Below are positions 15,206-23,625 of a stretch of 64,000 bases of DNA, in pieces. Made by a program: the position numbers and the translations under genes. The notes beneath the pieces are model-generated. The model had not been told where the DNA came from. It saw nothing but the letters and a program-made list of their open reading frames with translations, and searched no databases. Location of the stretch: IMG/VR virus record IMGVR_UViG_3300009071_000006; one strand, 5' to 3'. The first letter of the stretch is position 1. The number at the start of each line of letters is the position of its first letter. This DNA comes from a virus.

Positions 15206-15543
15206 AACTCTACTCCTTTATATCTCATTGAGTAATCTTCTATTGCTCCTTTTTCTGCGTTTGTAATTTCCATATAATCCATAAGTATATCAATTTCAGT
15301 TTTTGGTATGTGTGAGTCTATTTTTGAATTTCTTAAATCCATCCATGACTCTTTAAAATTAATTTCTCCGTTTTCGATTTTTACATTGAATGGAACTTTA
15401 TCAAAAAACCATTCATCCTTGTAAGTTCTATTTCGAGAATCAGTAACAGATAGAAAAACATGAACTTCTAATTCTTTGTTTCTAGTTAAGTAGGTTTCCA
15501 CTTCTACTTTTTTCCCATTTCTATTTAAGGTTATTACTGCCAT
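15202..15543 (-). CDS. Hypothetical protein
   Basis: ORF track. Confidence 0.55.
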   Translation of the reverse strand: MAVITLNRNGKKVEVETYLTRNKELEVHVFLSVTDSRNRTYKDEWFFDKVPFNVKIENGEINFKESWMDLRNSKIDSHIPKTEIDILMDYMEITNAEKGAIEDYSMRYKGVEL

Positions 15544-15544
15544 C

Positions 15545-15943
15545 TTAATAACTATGGTTGTAATTTACGTAGCAATTTTCTGAACTTAGCTCTCCTTCTT
15601 CTTCGTCTACTATTGGTCTAGCAAGATGTAAAAATCTTAATTCAACGTAAGGCAACTCAACTCCATTAGGATCAAACTGACGAACTTCTGAAATTTCATT
15701 TTCTTGTGCGTATGCCATTTGATGAACTTCTGAAACTTGATCTCCCCAAAGTGATTCTGTTTCTTCTTCCCTTACTCCACCTTCAATCTGAAGCCATCCT
15801 CCATTAAGGTCTGATACTGATGCATCAAAGCCATCTTCTGTTATCTCAATGTCATCTAGTTCTAATCTATCGAACCTTGAGTCATTTACATTTGATGCAT
15901 TTAAGGTTTCTGCGAATGGGCGAATAATTTCTATTAAGTTCAT
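15545..15943 (-). CDS. Hypothetical highly acidic protein
   Basis: ORF track. First gene after promoter 16007-16002. Confidence 0.55.
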   Translation of the reverse strand: MNLIEIIRPFAETLNASNVNDSRFDRLELDDIEITEDGFDASVSDLNGGWLQIEGGVREEETESLWGDQVSEVHQMAYAQENEISEVRQFDPNGVELPYVELRFLHLARPIVDEEEGELSSENCYVNYNHSY

Positions 15944-15978
15944 TTTATTTTATGTTGTTGGTTTTGTTGTCTGTCCTT

Positions 15979-16007
15979 AACCTCTTATATTTATTTCAAT
16001 GTGTCAA
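15979..16007 (-). promoter_or_regulatory. Sigma70-type promoter: UP A-tract, TTGACA, N17, GAGGTT, then AAGG
   Basis: Minus strand ATTAAAAAGGTATTGACACATTGAAATAAATATAAGAGGTTAAGGACAG. This one has a ~35-nt leader. Confidence 0.45.
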
Positions 16008-16039
16008 TACCTTTTTAATATTTTTTCAAAAAAACTTTA

Positions 16040-16105
16040 AAATAAAATAAGTAGTCCCCAAGGGCATCCATTTGTAGAGCGGAATTTGGGATACCCAAGG
16101 GGACT
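16040..16105 (-). terminator. Structured terminator after the amidotransferase gene
   Basis: Minus strand AGUCCCC-UU-GGG ... CCC-UU-GGGGACU (16105-16094 / 16064-16053), followed by ACUUAUUUUAUUUU. Confidence 0.5.
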
Positions 16106-16122
16106 AACAACACAATGTAAAA

Positions 16123-16941
16123 TTATTCTAGAGTATCATCTTCTGCACAATCAAAACCTTCTGACGTGTTACAGTCTAATTGATTTTGCTCCATCTGATC
16201 TTGCACATCTCCCCATAAGTCAACTTGCCCTTGCAGTTCGTCTTCCACTTCATCTATTAAACTTCTACCTGATCGAAGCTTTCCGTAGTTTATTGGCAAT
16301 CCCTGTACAATTTCATTAGGTATAGCCTTAGGCTTGCGAGAAAGGTGCTTATATCCCTTTATAGATTTTCTGCTAGTAAACGAGTGGGATGGGAGATGCC
16401 TCGCCTTGTAGGTCTCGTTTGAGTACCAACATCCCATAGACCAATGCCCCAAGTCTCCATTTATAAAAGTAGGTGTTCCATGATGATTCATGAAAACTAG
16501 TTTATTGGTCTGCATTGAAATCATTCCCTTCATCCAACGCTTGCCATTTGAAGAGTTTACAAAATCGCTTTTAATATTAACCATTGGCTTAACGTATGAA
16601 TGAGCAAATGTCCTAGAGTCTGAACGCTCATGACTAGTACCATCTAAATCCTGTATAGTCCCATTATGAGTCATGACTAGATTTTTATTTATACGAAATG
16701 GATGACAATTAATTTTTTCCTTTTTACCCTTTGTGGCAAATCGAAAATGTATTAAGCAATCAAACTTACTTACCTTGCTGTATTTCTCTAGAAATAAATC
16801 AAAGTCCATTGTTTTGAAGATATGCAACTTTTTCTTGAATGCCCATGAAATTCCGAATCCATGAGGGTTGCGATCCTTAGCGTTGAATAGTCTTTCCAAA
16901 GGAACGGATTTTCCTTTGGGTTTATAAATTATGATACACAT
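16123..16941 (-). CDS. Class-II (Ntn-type) glutamine amidotransferase-like protein
   Basis: N-terminal MC (Cys2 nucleophile), then HFRFATKG, NCHPF, VMTHNGTI, typical of the GATase_4/YafJ-like Ntn fold. Confidence 0.65.
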   Translation of the reverse strand: MCIIIYKPKGKSVPLERLFNAKDRNPHGFGISWAFKKKLHIFKTMDFDLFLEKYSKVSKFDCLIHFRFATKGKKEKINCHPFRINKNLVMTHNGTIQDLDGTSHERSDSRTFAHSYVKPMVNIKSDFVNSSNGKRWMKGMISMQTNKLVFMNHHGTPTFINGDLGHWSMGCWYSNETYKARHLPSHSFTSRKSIKGYKHLSRKPKAIPNEIVQGLPINYGKLRSGRSLIDEVEDELQGQVDLWGDVQDQMEQNQLDCNTSEGFDCAEDDTLE

Positions 16942-16975
16942 TGTGATGTCTCCTTATTTTATTATGTTATAGTTA

Positions 16976-18037
16976 TTAGAACCAAGTGAATGTGGAATTG
17001 GCAATCTTGTCAAGCATTGCACGCTTAGGGTCTTTTGTGTAATTGTAGCGAGTCTCTGCACCACTCATAAGCCTATCCCATTTGCGTGCCATGCGCATTG
17101 ATGTTGCCCACATTCTTGTGAAGTTAGCCTTGTAGATTTCTGAGAAATTAAACATTGCACGTCCATCTTGGTTTTTACGAAAATCGTTTACCAAGTAGTT
17201 TAATGCACGCTGTCCACGTGTAGCATTATCTCCACGATGGATGTGGTTTTGTCTGTGCTTAGTGCAGTTGGTTGGATAACCTTTTGAGCGCCATGCACGA
17301 CGTGCGATATATTCGCAAGTGAACAAGTGACTGAGAAACTTTTGAATGTTAAGAGTCCCTGCACCCCAACGAAACTCTATCGTAGCTTTTCTGTTGATGG
17401 TAGTAAGGTTTAAGAATGAACCTCTTGCACAAGTATTAGCAAAATCTTGAACATCACTTCTATTAAAGCTATTTCCTACGCCATGCTTCTTAGTGCGACG
17501 TGCAATCTTTTGAGTCATGGTATTGATGATATTGCTGTTTACTGCAATCTCTCTAGAGTAGCCATTACGATTCCTGTCAGTTCCTGTTTGTGCATATGCA
17601 CTATACTGAAGGTTTGAACTTTTCTTCATGATCTCTGCAAGAAACATTGTTACCTGTGAAGGAGTTGCTGTGCGTCCTGTAATTGACTCTAATCCTAAAT
17701 GGATATGCTGACCACATGAGCGATTTACTTTGCCACCTACAAGCTTGATGAAGTCAAAAAGGTCTATCATGAACTGACGCCCTTCCTCACCTTTAAGTAT
17801 TGGAGTTACGATTTCTACGCCTACTCTGTTGTAACCTCTAGTGCGAAGGCTTGAATCAGTTTCACACTTGGCACGCTTGCCATTAAATGAAGGAGCTTGA
17901 ACAGTCTCTCCATTGATAGTGTAAGATGCGTCCATCTCTATTCCGTTATGGTATCCACCTACTCTGAAAGGATGGCTTGATGGTAAGATGCATTCGACTT
18001 CTACGCCAAATGTGATTTCGTTAACTTTAGGATTCAT
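16976..18037 (-). CDS. Amidoligase_2-family (glutamine synthetase-like) putative amidoligase
   Basis: FGVEVEC, ETDSSL, GVEIVTPILKG and CGQHIHLG occur in the order characteristic of the putative amidoligase enzyme family (Pfam Amidoligase_2, from memory). Confidence 0.65.
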   Translation of the reverse strand: MNPKVNEITFGVEVECILPSSHPFRVGGYHNGIEMDASYTINGETVQAPSFNGKRAKCETDSSLRTRGYNRVGVEIVTPILKGEEGRQFMIDLFDFIKLVGGKVNRSCGQHIHLGLESITGRTATPSQVTMFLAEIMKKSSNLQYSAYAQTGTDRNRNGYSREIAVNSNIINTMTQKIARRTKKHGVGNSFNRSDVQDFANTCARGSFLNLTTINRKATIEFRWGAGTLNIQKFLSHLFTCEYIARRAWRSKGYPTNCTKHRQNHIHRGDNATRGQRALNYLVNDFRKNQDGRAMFNFSEIYKANFTRMWATSMRMARKWDRLMSGAETRYNYTKDPKRAMLDKIANSTFTWF

Positions 18038-18064
18038 TGTGTTGTTCTCCTTGGTTGTGGTTAA

Positions 18065-18316
18065 TTAGTTAACTGCTACAGGAGCAGTAATTGATGTTGA
18101 AAGGTCGAATCGTGACATTCTCTTTTTTTCGCAATCGTAGAATGAAGCATATCCGCTTGACTTGGTTTCTTGGTCTACCTTCCAAGCAGGGCTTGCGATG
18201 TGGCGTGACTGAACGTCTCCGTTTGCTTTTACGATTGTTACTAACCACTCTTGGTTAGCGTTGAGTTGTCCGTTTGACTTGTTGAACTTGCGAGTTGTGA
18301 TGTTGATTGATTTCAT
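18065..18316 (-). CDS. Small protein (83 aa) heading the amidoligase operon
   Basis: ORF track frame. The ATG at 18316 (MKSINITT) lies downstream of promoter 18401-18373 and a ~50-nt CA-rich leader containing GAGGGAGA. Confidence 0.55.
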   Translation of the reverse strand: MKSINITTRKFNKSNGQLNANQEWLVTIVKANGDVQSRHIASPAWKVDQETKSSGYASFYDCEKKRMSRFDLSTSITAPVAVN

Positions 18317-18372
18317 GGTGTGTAATATTTTGGTGTTTGTTGTTGTGAGGTCTCCCTCGTTGTTATGATTTA

Positions 18373-18401
18373 ATAAAACCATAGATTATGATTTATGTCA
18401 A
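18373..18401 (-). promoter_or_regulatory. Sigma70-type promoter: TTGACA, N17, TTTTAT, then TAAATCATA
   Basis: Minus strand GATGTCTTGACATAAATCATAATCTATGGTTTTATTAAATCATAAC. Near-duplicate of the promoter at 10864-10836. Confidence 0.55.
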
Positions 18402-19069
18402 GACATCTTCAAAAAAAAGTTAAATATTTCTTGTAGCATTATGCTTCATTACGGCTAGAACCCTCTTGTTTACTGACATTGCGAGCTGTTAATTTATTTT
18501 AAAAAAAAGGTAAAAAAATTTTAAAATAGTTTTGCTGAAATTGATTTAAAGCAAAATTCACCTTGTAAATCTAGTATTACATTACTGATTTTCGAGGTAA
18601 GTTATGATAGAAGGGGCAAGGAAGAATACCAATAAAAACTTCCCTGCCCCCCTGTCATGCAAAGGAGCTTTTGGATCATCATTGAGATTTTCTGCCTCAA
18701 CTCGCCTTATCGCTTGCGACCATAATAATAAATAAGAAAGAAATGGTCTCCCATATATAATAGGTCAGGCAAATAGTAAAAGCGCAACCTCTAGAAAAGT
18801 TTTTTTTAAAAATTCCGAAAAAAATAATCTATCCCTACTCTTATATATATGTGTCCCATATAACACAGTTTAAGATAGTGACTCGAATAACGAATGGAAA
18901 CGTCGTAAGGTACAGCTTGCTTGTAGTGATGTCCAAATGGATGAGCCAAGTAAGTCGGTAGGTGCAGTTAGAACTCATTGTAGTTTCCCTGAAACCTTGG
19001 AGGTAATGCAATATCCCTCCCTATCTTTTCTTTCTTTTAAATTTATTTTAAAATATTTGAATAAAAGTA

Positions 19070-19099
19070 TTGACAAGTATATTTGATCCATGCTAAAAT
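19070..19099 (+). promoter_or_regulatory. Strong plus-strand sigma70 promoter: TTGACA (19070-19075), extended -10 TGCTAAAAT (19091-19099)
   Basis: Plus strand AAAAGTATTGACAAGTATATTTGATCCATGCTAAAATCCGAGGG. It is the only plus-strand TTGACA promoter I found. Confidence 0.6.
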
Positions 19100-19124
19100 C
19101 CGAGGGTGGGGAGGGGCTGATCTA

Positions 19125-19514
19125 TTGACGCACACAGGATTTGAATTTCAAAATGTATGTGTGTACTTAGTATTAGATGCTCCTTTATGCTGTCCTCCTT
19201 CTGAGTTGTCATCCTTTAGGGATATTTCTCTCTATGCAAAAATTTGCGAGTATGAGGATATTCTTCTCACAGCAGAAAAAGGGACAAGGTCATATTATTG
19301 GAAGTGGATGAAGAAAAATGGAATCAGGGATTACATATCAGATATAATAACTCCGCAGGAGTTGGAAAATTTTAAAGCCATTAGGCTTTCAGAAGACGGC
19401 ACTCTGCCTTGGGCTGAGATTGGTTTTTTTAATAATGGATTAAGAATTAAGGCTGTCCATCAATTCAATCTAACTGTAATCCTAGAATACATAAGATTAG
19501 TAAATAGCGATTAG
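19125..19514 (+). CDS. Hypothetical protein (129 aa), the only plausible plus-strand gene
   Basis: ORF track frame 19083..19514. I place the start at TTG 19125, 8-9 nt after the GGGGAGGGG Shine-Dalgarno and downstream of the predicted TSS. There is no minus-strand ORF opposite. Confidence 0.5.
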   Translation: MTHTGFEFQNVCVYLVLDAPLCCPPSELSSFRDISLYAKICEYEDILLTAEKGTRSYYWKWMKKNGIRDYISDIITPQELENFKAIRLSEDGTLPWAEIGFFNNGLRIKAVHQFNLTVILEYIRLVNSD

Positions 19515-19537
19515 GAGAAAGTATATATAAATGTCAA
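19509..19537 (-). promoter_or_regulatory. Weak promoter-like element (TTGACA 19537-19532, poor -10), antisense to the plus-strand gene
   Basis: Minus strand ATATATGTCTTGACATTTATATATACTTTCTCCTAATCGC. Confidence 0.25.
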
Positions 19538-19609
19538 GACATATATTATATTTTCCCAAATTGGTAGAAGCTGTTTATTTAAGAAATAAGAATCCAAGTC
19601 GGGGAATTT

Positions 19610-19831
19610 TTACTTAAATCGAGCGTGCAATTCCTTCACGTCACGCCTTCTATCCTCTAGTACCTTCTCTATGTGGCGCATCTGCTCCTGCTGTCTAGCA
19701 TTTAGTATCTGATCTCTTCTTACCTGTTCCTTTAAGTCATCCACCTCTGTCTTTATCTTCTTTAAGAAGAAGCCTAATATGGATAGGGCTACCCCTATAC
19801 CACAAAAGATATATAGAGGCGGTAGTTCCAT
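19610..19831 (-). CDS. Small membrane protein (N-terminal TM helix plus charged coiled coil)
   Basis: ORF track. PPLYIFCGIGVALSILGFFL followed by a K/E/R-rich helix. Confidence 0.55.
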   Translation of the reverse strand: MELPPLYIFCGIGVALSILGFFLKKIKTEVDDLKEQVRRDQILNARQQEQMRHIEKVLEDRRRDVKELHARFK

Positions 19832-19834
19832 CTG

Positions 19835-20311
19835 CTAATCCCTAGCCTTATGTAGCTTACTCATGATGTCAGAGATTTCATCGTCAGTAATTTCCTTCTC
19901 ACTAATCACTTTCATTTCCATAGCACCACCATCTGCTCCTGTCATCTCAACCTTCTCTCTTTTTCCCCAATGATCAGGATCGGATCTTTCCAACCACCAA
20001 GCAGCCGCAGTCCAATTCTTTACGGCGTGCTTTTGTATTATGGTGACGTTCCTAGCCCTTGCTTCTGCTATTGCCTTTTTTATGGACTCACAAAATTGCC
20101 ACGCTTCGCTACCTTCTGAAGCATTCTCTCCTTCTCTCAACCACCTGTAAAATGTTTGCTCAGAGATACTTGCGAGAGAACAGGCATCCTTTTTGGTGCA
20201 TCCTGCCTTTAATGCTTTTGTTATAGCTGATATTACATCAGGGTCTGCTCTCTTATCCCTTGCACCTACTCTTATGTTAGTCACTCTGTTTGTGTTCTCT
20301 ATTATGTCCAT
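19835..20311 (-). CDS. Terminase small subunit-like HTH protein
   Basis: ACSLASISEQTFYRWLREG ... NWTAAAWWLERSDPDHWGKRE resembles the HTH plus W..AWWLER..P..WG pattern seen in many annotated small terminase subunits. Confidence 0.5.
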   Translation of the reverse strand: MDIIENTNRVTNIRVGARDKRADPDVISAITKALKAGCTKKDACSLASISEQTFYRWLREGENASEGSEAWQFCESIKKAIAEARARNVTIIQKHAVKNWTAAAWWLERSDPDHWGKREKVEMTGADGGAMEMKVISEKEITDDEISDIMSKLHKARD

Positions 20312-20898
20312 AGCTGTAATTTGTTTGTAGCTAATTCCGCAAGTTGTCCACTATCTCTGAACTTCTTTCTTAGCTGTATAAATTCTTTCTTTTGTTCCGC
20401 GTTATCAAATATAATACTAGAGCAGTACTTCTCTTCTTGCAAACTATCTGTATCCAACTCCTTTAAAAAATTTTCAATTTTATTTTCATCAAATCCTAGT
20501 AGGTCAACTTCCATGTCGTCTGCCTCATTTACGCTTTGTATAACATTCCTTAGCATATCCTCATCAAACTCACCAAAATGATTATTCAACATATACATAG
20601 CCAAGCAATGATCTTGTTCACTTAGGTCTACCACCCATACGTCGATTTCTTCTATTCCTTTCGACTTATATGCCTTCACACGTTGATGCCCTGAACATAT
20701 GCAATCCAATCTCTCATTCCATACAATGGGCTGTATCGTCCCTAAGGTGTCTATTGATACCTCTAGCTTACCTAATGCCTCAGAGGTAATCCTACGGGTC
20801 TTCTCGTTTAAGGAATGCTCCTTTAGCTCACTTACCTTTTTCTTTATTAGCTTCACTCTTCTGCCATTGATACTATGTGTGGATGTTTGATTCTCCAA
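20302..20898 (-). CDS. ParB N-terminal (ParB/Srx-like nuclease) domain protein
   Basis: LGTIQPIVWNERLDCICSGHQRVKAYKSKGIEEIDVWVV matches the ParBc core (..QP..V....DGHHR..A....G...). Confidence 0.7.
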   Translation of the reverse strand: MENQTSTHSINGRRVKLIKKKVSELKEHSLNEKTRRITSEALGKLEVSIDTLGTIQPIVWNERLDCICSGHQRVKAYKSKGIEEIDVWVVDLSEQDHCLAMYMLNNHFGEFDEDMLRNVIQSVNEADDMEVDLLGFDENKIENFLKELDTDSLQEEKYCSSIIFDNAEQKKEFIQLRKKFRDSGQLAELATNKLQLWT

Positions 20899-21314
20899 AA
20901 CATATCTCTTCTTAACTTAGATGCCTGACATAAATACTCCCTGCATATCTTAGGTCTATCTTCATATATCGTACATCTGTTATCTTCCCCCAATAAATTA
21001 CAGGTATGATTGATAACTACTGATATACTTGTATCGCTATCTTCCTCGCCATCGAAGTGTGCATTAGCAAATGCTTCCATATCTTCTCCACCCTCACTCA
21101 TGGCTTTCTTTACATTTATCTTATGAGTAAAAGCCTTACAGCATAATCCCTTACCCACACAACCATCCCAATCCTGTAATCCTTCTTCTACCTTCTGCAT
21201 TACCTGATCATAGCATTTCTCTATAGATTCAGTTGTTCGTATGTCTCCATACTTTGGAGCAAAGTCCTTACCCATTTCTTTGGTGTAATATTCTACAGCT
21301 TCTTCTTTAGTCAT
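20853..21314 (-). CDS. YkgJ-family (CxxCxGxCC) cysteine-cluster protein
   Basis: CVGKGLCCKAF and NRCTIYEDRPKICREYLC. Start moved to the ATG at 21314. Confidence 0.6.
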   Translation of the reverse strand: MTKEEAVEYYTKEMGKDFAPKYGDIRTTESIEKCYDQVMQKVEEGLQDWDGCVGKGLCCKAFTHKINVKKAMSEGGEDMEAFANAHFDGEEDSDTSISVVINHTCNLLGEDNRCTIYEDRPKICREYLCQASKLRRDMFWRIKHPHIVSMAEE

Positions 21315-21549
21315 TGTTCTTCTCATGCTCCTTTATTGCTTCCTTTAATCCGTGCGTAAGTCCTATGTTAAAGTAATCTTCATCTGTTGCTACTTCCTTC
21401 CCCATATCAACTATGACCTTTATAGCATCTACTTCTCCCTCTATATCCATCTCCACATATGGTATATCTCTTGTTTCCAATATCCTAAGTATAGGTAAAG
21501 GGTTTTCTGTACTTTGCCTAATCTTTCCTTCTAATATGTCATCACTCAT
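21307..21549 (-). CDS. Hypothetical protein
   Basis: ORF track. Confidence 0.55.
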   Translation of the reverse strand: MSDDILEGKIRQSTENPLPILRILETRDIPYVEMDIEGEVDAIKVIVDMGKEVATDEDYFNIGLTHGLKEAIKEHEKNND

Positions 21550-22138
21550 TATTCCATCCTCTCATTGCTTCTAATATTGCGTCAATTGTTCCTGCCCTCT
21601 GCTGAAACTGCTCCCATGCTATCTTCTGATCTAGGCTATCCCACTCCAATACCAACTTATGCTTCTTCTCATATTCATCCAACTCTTCTCTTTCTTCCCG
21701 CTCATCTTTTTCCCATTCTTCCAAAAATAAAAATTTGCCTGTATCGCTCCCAAATCCTGCTAACCCCACTTCTGCCATCTCCTCACTTAAATCTTTTAAG
21801 CTCTCACTAACTCCTTCTTCTATCCATTCCCCATAGCTGTTGTTTAGCGCCACGCTTGCTACTTGCTCTTTCTCACTATCTAGCCATACGCAGTATACAG
21901 GTACTTCATCTTCATCCGATACATCCTCTAGCCTCATATGCCCATCTAGCAGGGTCTTTGTTCTCGCATTCCATGTCAAAGGCTGTAGCCAACCAAAATG
22001 CTCTAATGACTCTCCTGCCTTTCCTTCATTTCTCTCAGGAAGTGTTCTTGGATTCCATTCTGCTCTCCTTATATCTCCTGCCTTCATTACGGCTAGGCAT
22101 GGATATTTATCTTCCTGATTCTCCATTGGTTGACTCAT
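21542..22138 (-). CDS. ParB N-terminal domain protein
   Basis: FGWLQPLTWNARTKTLLDGHMRLEDV...VPVYCVWLD. Confidence 0.65.
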   Translation of the reverse strand: MSQPMENQEDKYPCLAVMKAGDIRRAEWNPRTLPERNEGKAGESLEHFGWLQPLTWNARTKTLLDGHMRLEDVSDEDEVPVYCVWLDSEKEQVASVALNNSYGEWIEEGVSESLKDLSEEMAEVGLAGFGSDTGKFLFLEEWEKDEREEREELDEYEKKHKLVLEWDSLDQKIAWEQFQQRAGTIDAILEAMRGWNNE

Positions 22139-23625
22139 TCTACTTTTAGTGTTGGGTCAAGTTTTAGCATTCTGTTAATAATTACTTGGCAATACTTTGG
22201 GTCTAACTCCATGCCATAGCATTTTCTCTTTAGTTGATGTGCTGATGCCATAGTAGACCCCGAACCCAAAAACATATCAATAACCAATCCGCCAACAGGG
22301 CAACTGCTTTTAATAGCCCTACCACAAAGTGATAAAGGCTTAGGGGTTGCGTGATTACCTACAGCCTCCCTCTCTTTGTTTGATGTCCTGTCGATGTGCC
22401 ACACATTATTCATGTTGTCGTGCATATTATCAAAATATGTCCGTTTGTTATAAAATTCTTGAAGTATTTCATTGGATTCTTCCTCCAACTCTTCGTATGA
22501 CCTCAAGAATGCCTTACCCTTTGAGGCATTTCTAAGTTTGTAATAATGTTCTTTTGTCGGAATGAAAAACTGAGACTTTGTGAAGTAGTGAGATGCGGAC
22601 GACTTTCCTGTTATCTTTATGCAGTCGTTTGTCGTCCATTCCATCTTATCTTTTTCTCCTACAAGATATGTCAACAAAGGCATCCACTCCTTCATAAAGA
22701 AATCCTTATTTTGTCCTGCCTCCTGCTCTCCCATCATGGCAAATAATAAATGCTCTGCGTGTAGGCACTTCTCGTCTGCTGTGGCAAACATACGAGTATT
22801 TTCACTTTTCTGCCCCTGCCCATGTCCCTTGTCCCAAGTTATGAGATTTCTAAATTTTAATTTTTTTTCAATTTGATATGGCTTTAGAATAACATGATAC
22901 ACATCCATAAGTGGCTCGTCTATTCCCCAACAATACCACGATCCGTTTTCCTTAATGTACGAAAACTGCAAAGGAATCCACGCCTTATTAAACTCTAGTA
23001 GTGCATCAAAGTTTAGATTGTCATTCATAACCCCATCTTTTTCTTTCTTCATTCCGTAAGGTGGGTCGTTGTGTGCAAGGTCTGCCCTCTCTTCTCCCAT
23101 AAGTCTCTCGACGTCTTCGGGCTTCGTGGAGTCCCCGCATAAAATTCGATGATCTCCTATTTGTATTAAATCACCCAATTTAATGTCTGTTTCAATTTTT
23201 TCTACTTCTTCAGAAGCTACATCAAAATTATCCTCTTTGATTTCCAAAACTTCGTCGACGGCATAGTCAATCGGAACATCAAGACCCCATTCATTTAAAT
23301 CTTCCGCTTTCCATTCGTTTAAAAGTTGCTCCATATCCCATTCGCCAAAACTAGAGTTGTCCTTAATTATAAACTCTTTCTGCTGATCCTCAGTCAACTC
23401 GCTTGCGCGTATTATAGGTACTTCCTTGAGTCCTGCCTCCACGCAAGCTTTAAGCCTCATATTTCCACCAAGAACTATACTTTCGCTGTTCACTACAATC
23501 GGTCTCAGTTTCAGCATTTCGGGGAAGTCCTTAATGCTTTTCACCAACTGCTTAAATTTTTCATCTTTTATAATTCTAGGATTATCAGGGTTTGGCTTAA
23601 TGTTTTTTATTAGTTCTGTTTTCAT
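22135..23625 (-). CDS. ParB-domain / DNA N6-adenine or N4-cytosine methyltransferase fusion
   Basis: N-terminus: IKPNPDNPR...LRPIVVNSESIVLGGNMRLKA (ParB). Middle: NDPPYG (motif IV). C-terminus: VIDMFLGSGST (motif I). Confidence 0.85.
   Translation of the reverse strand: MKTELIKNIKPNPDNPRIIKDEKFKQLVKSIKDFPEMLKLRPIVVNSESIVLGGNMRLKACVEAGLKEVPIIRASELTEDQQKEFIIKDNSSFGEWDMEQLLNEWKAEDLNEWGLDVPIDYAVDEVLEIKEDNFDVASEEVEKIETDIKLGDLIQIGDHRILCGDSTKPEDVERLMGEERADLAHNDPPYGMKKEKDGVMNDNLNFDALLEFNKAWIPLQFSYIKENGSWYCWGIDEPLMDVYHVILKPYQIEKKLKFRNLITWDKGHGQGQKSENTRMFATADEKCLHAEHLLFAMMGEQEAGQNKDFFMKEWMPLLTYLVGEKDKMEWTTNDCIKITGKSSASHYFTKSQFFIPTKEHYYKLRNASKGKAFLRSYEELEEESNEILQEFYNKRTYFDNMHDNMNNVWHIDRTSNKEREAVGNHATPKPLSLCGRAIKSSCPVGGLVIDMFLGSGSTMASAHQLKRKCYGMELDPKYCQVIINRMLKLDPTLKVE

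Noticed and set aside
19103-19116. G-quadruplex in the leader of the plus-strand gene (GAGGGTGGGGAGGGG).
   Set aside because: It has only three G-runs of 3 or more, and a canonical intramolecular G4 needs four. It is more simply a strong Shine-Dalgarno (GGAGG) region.
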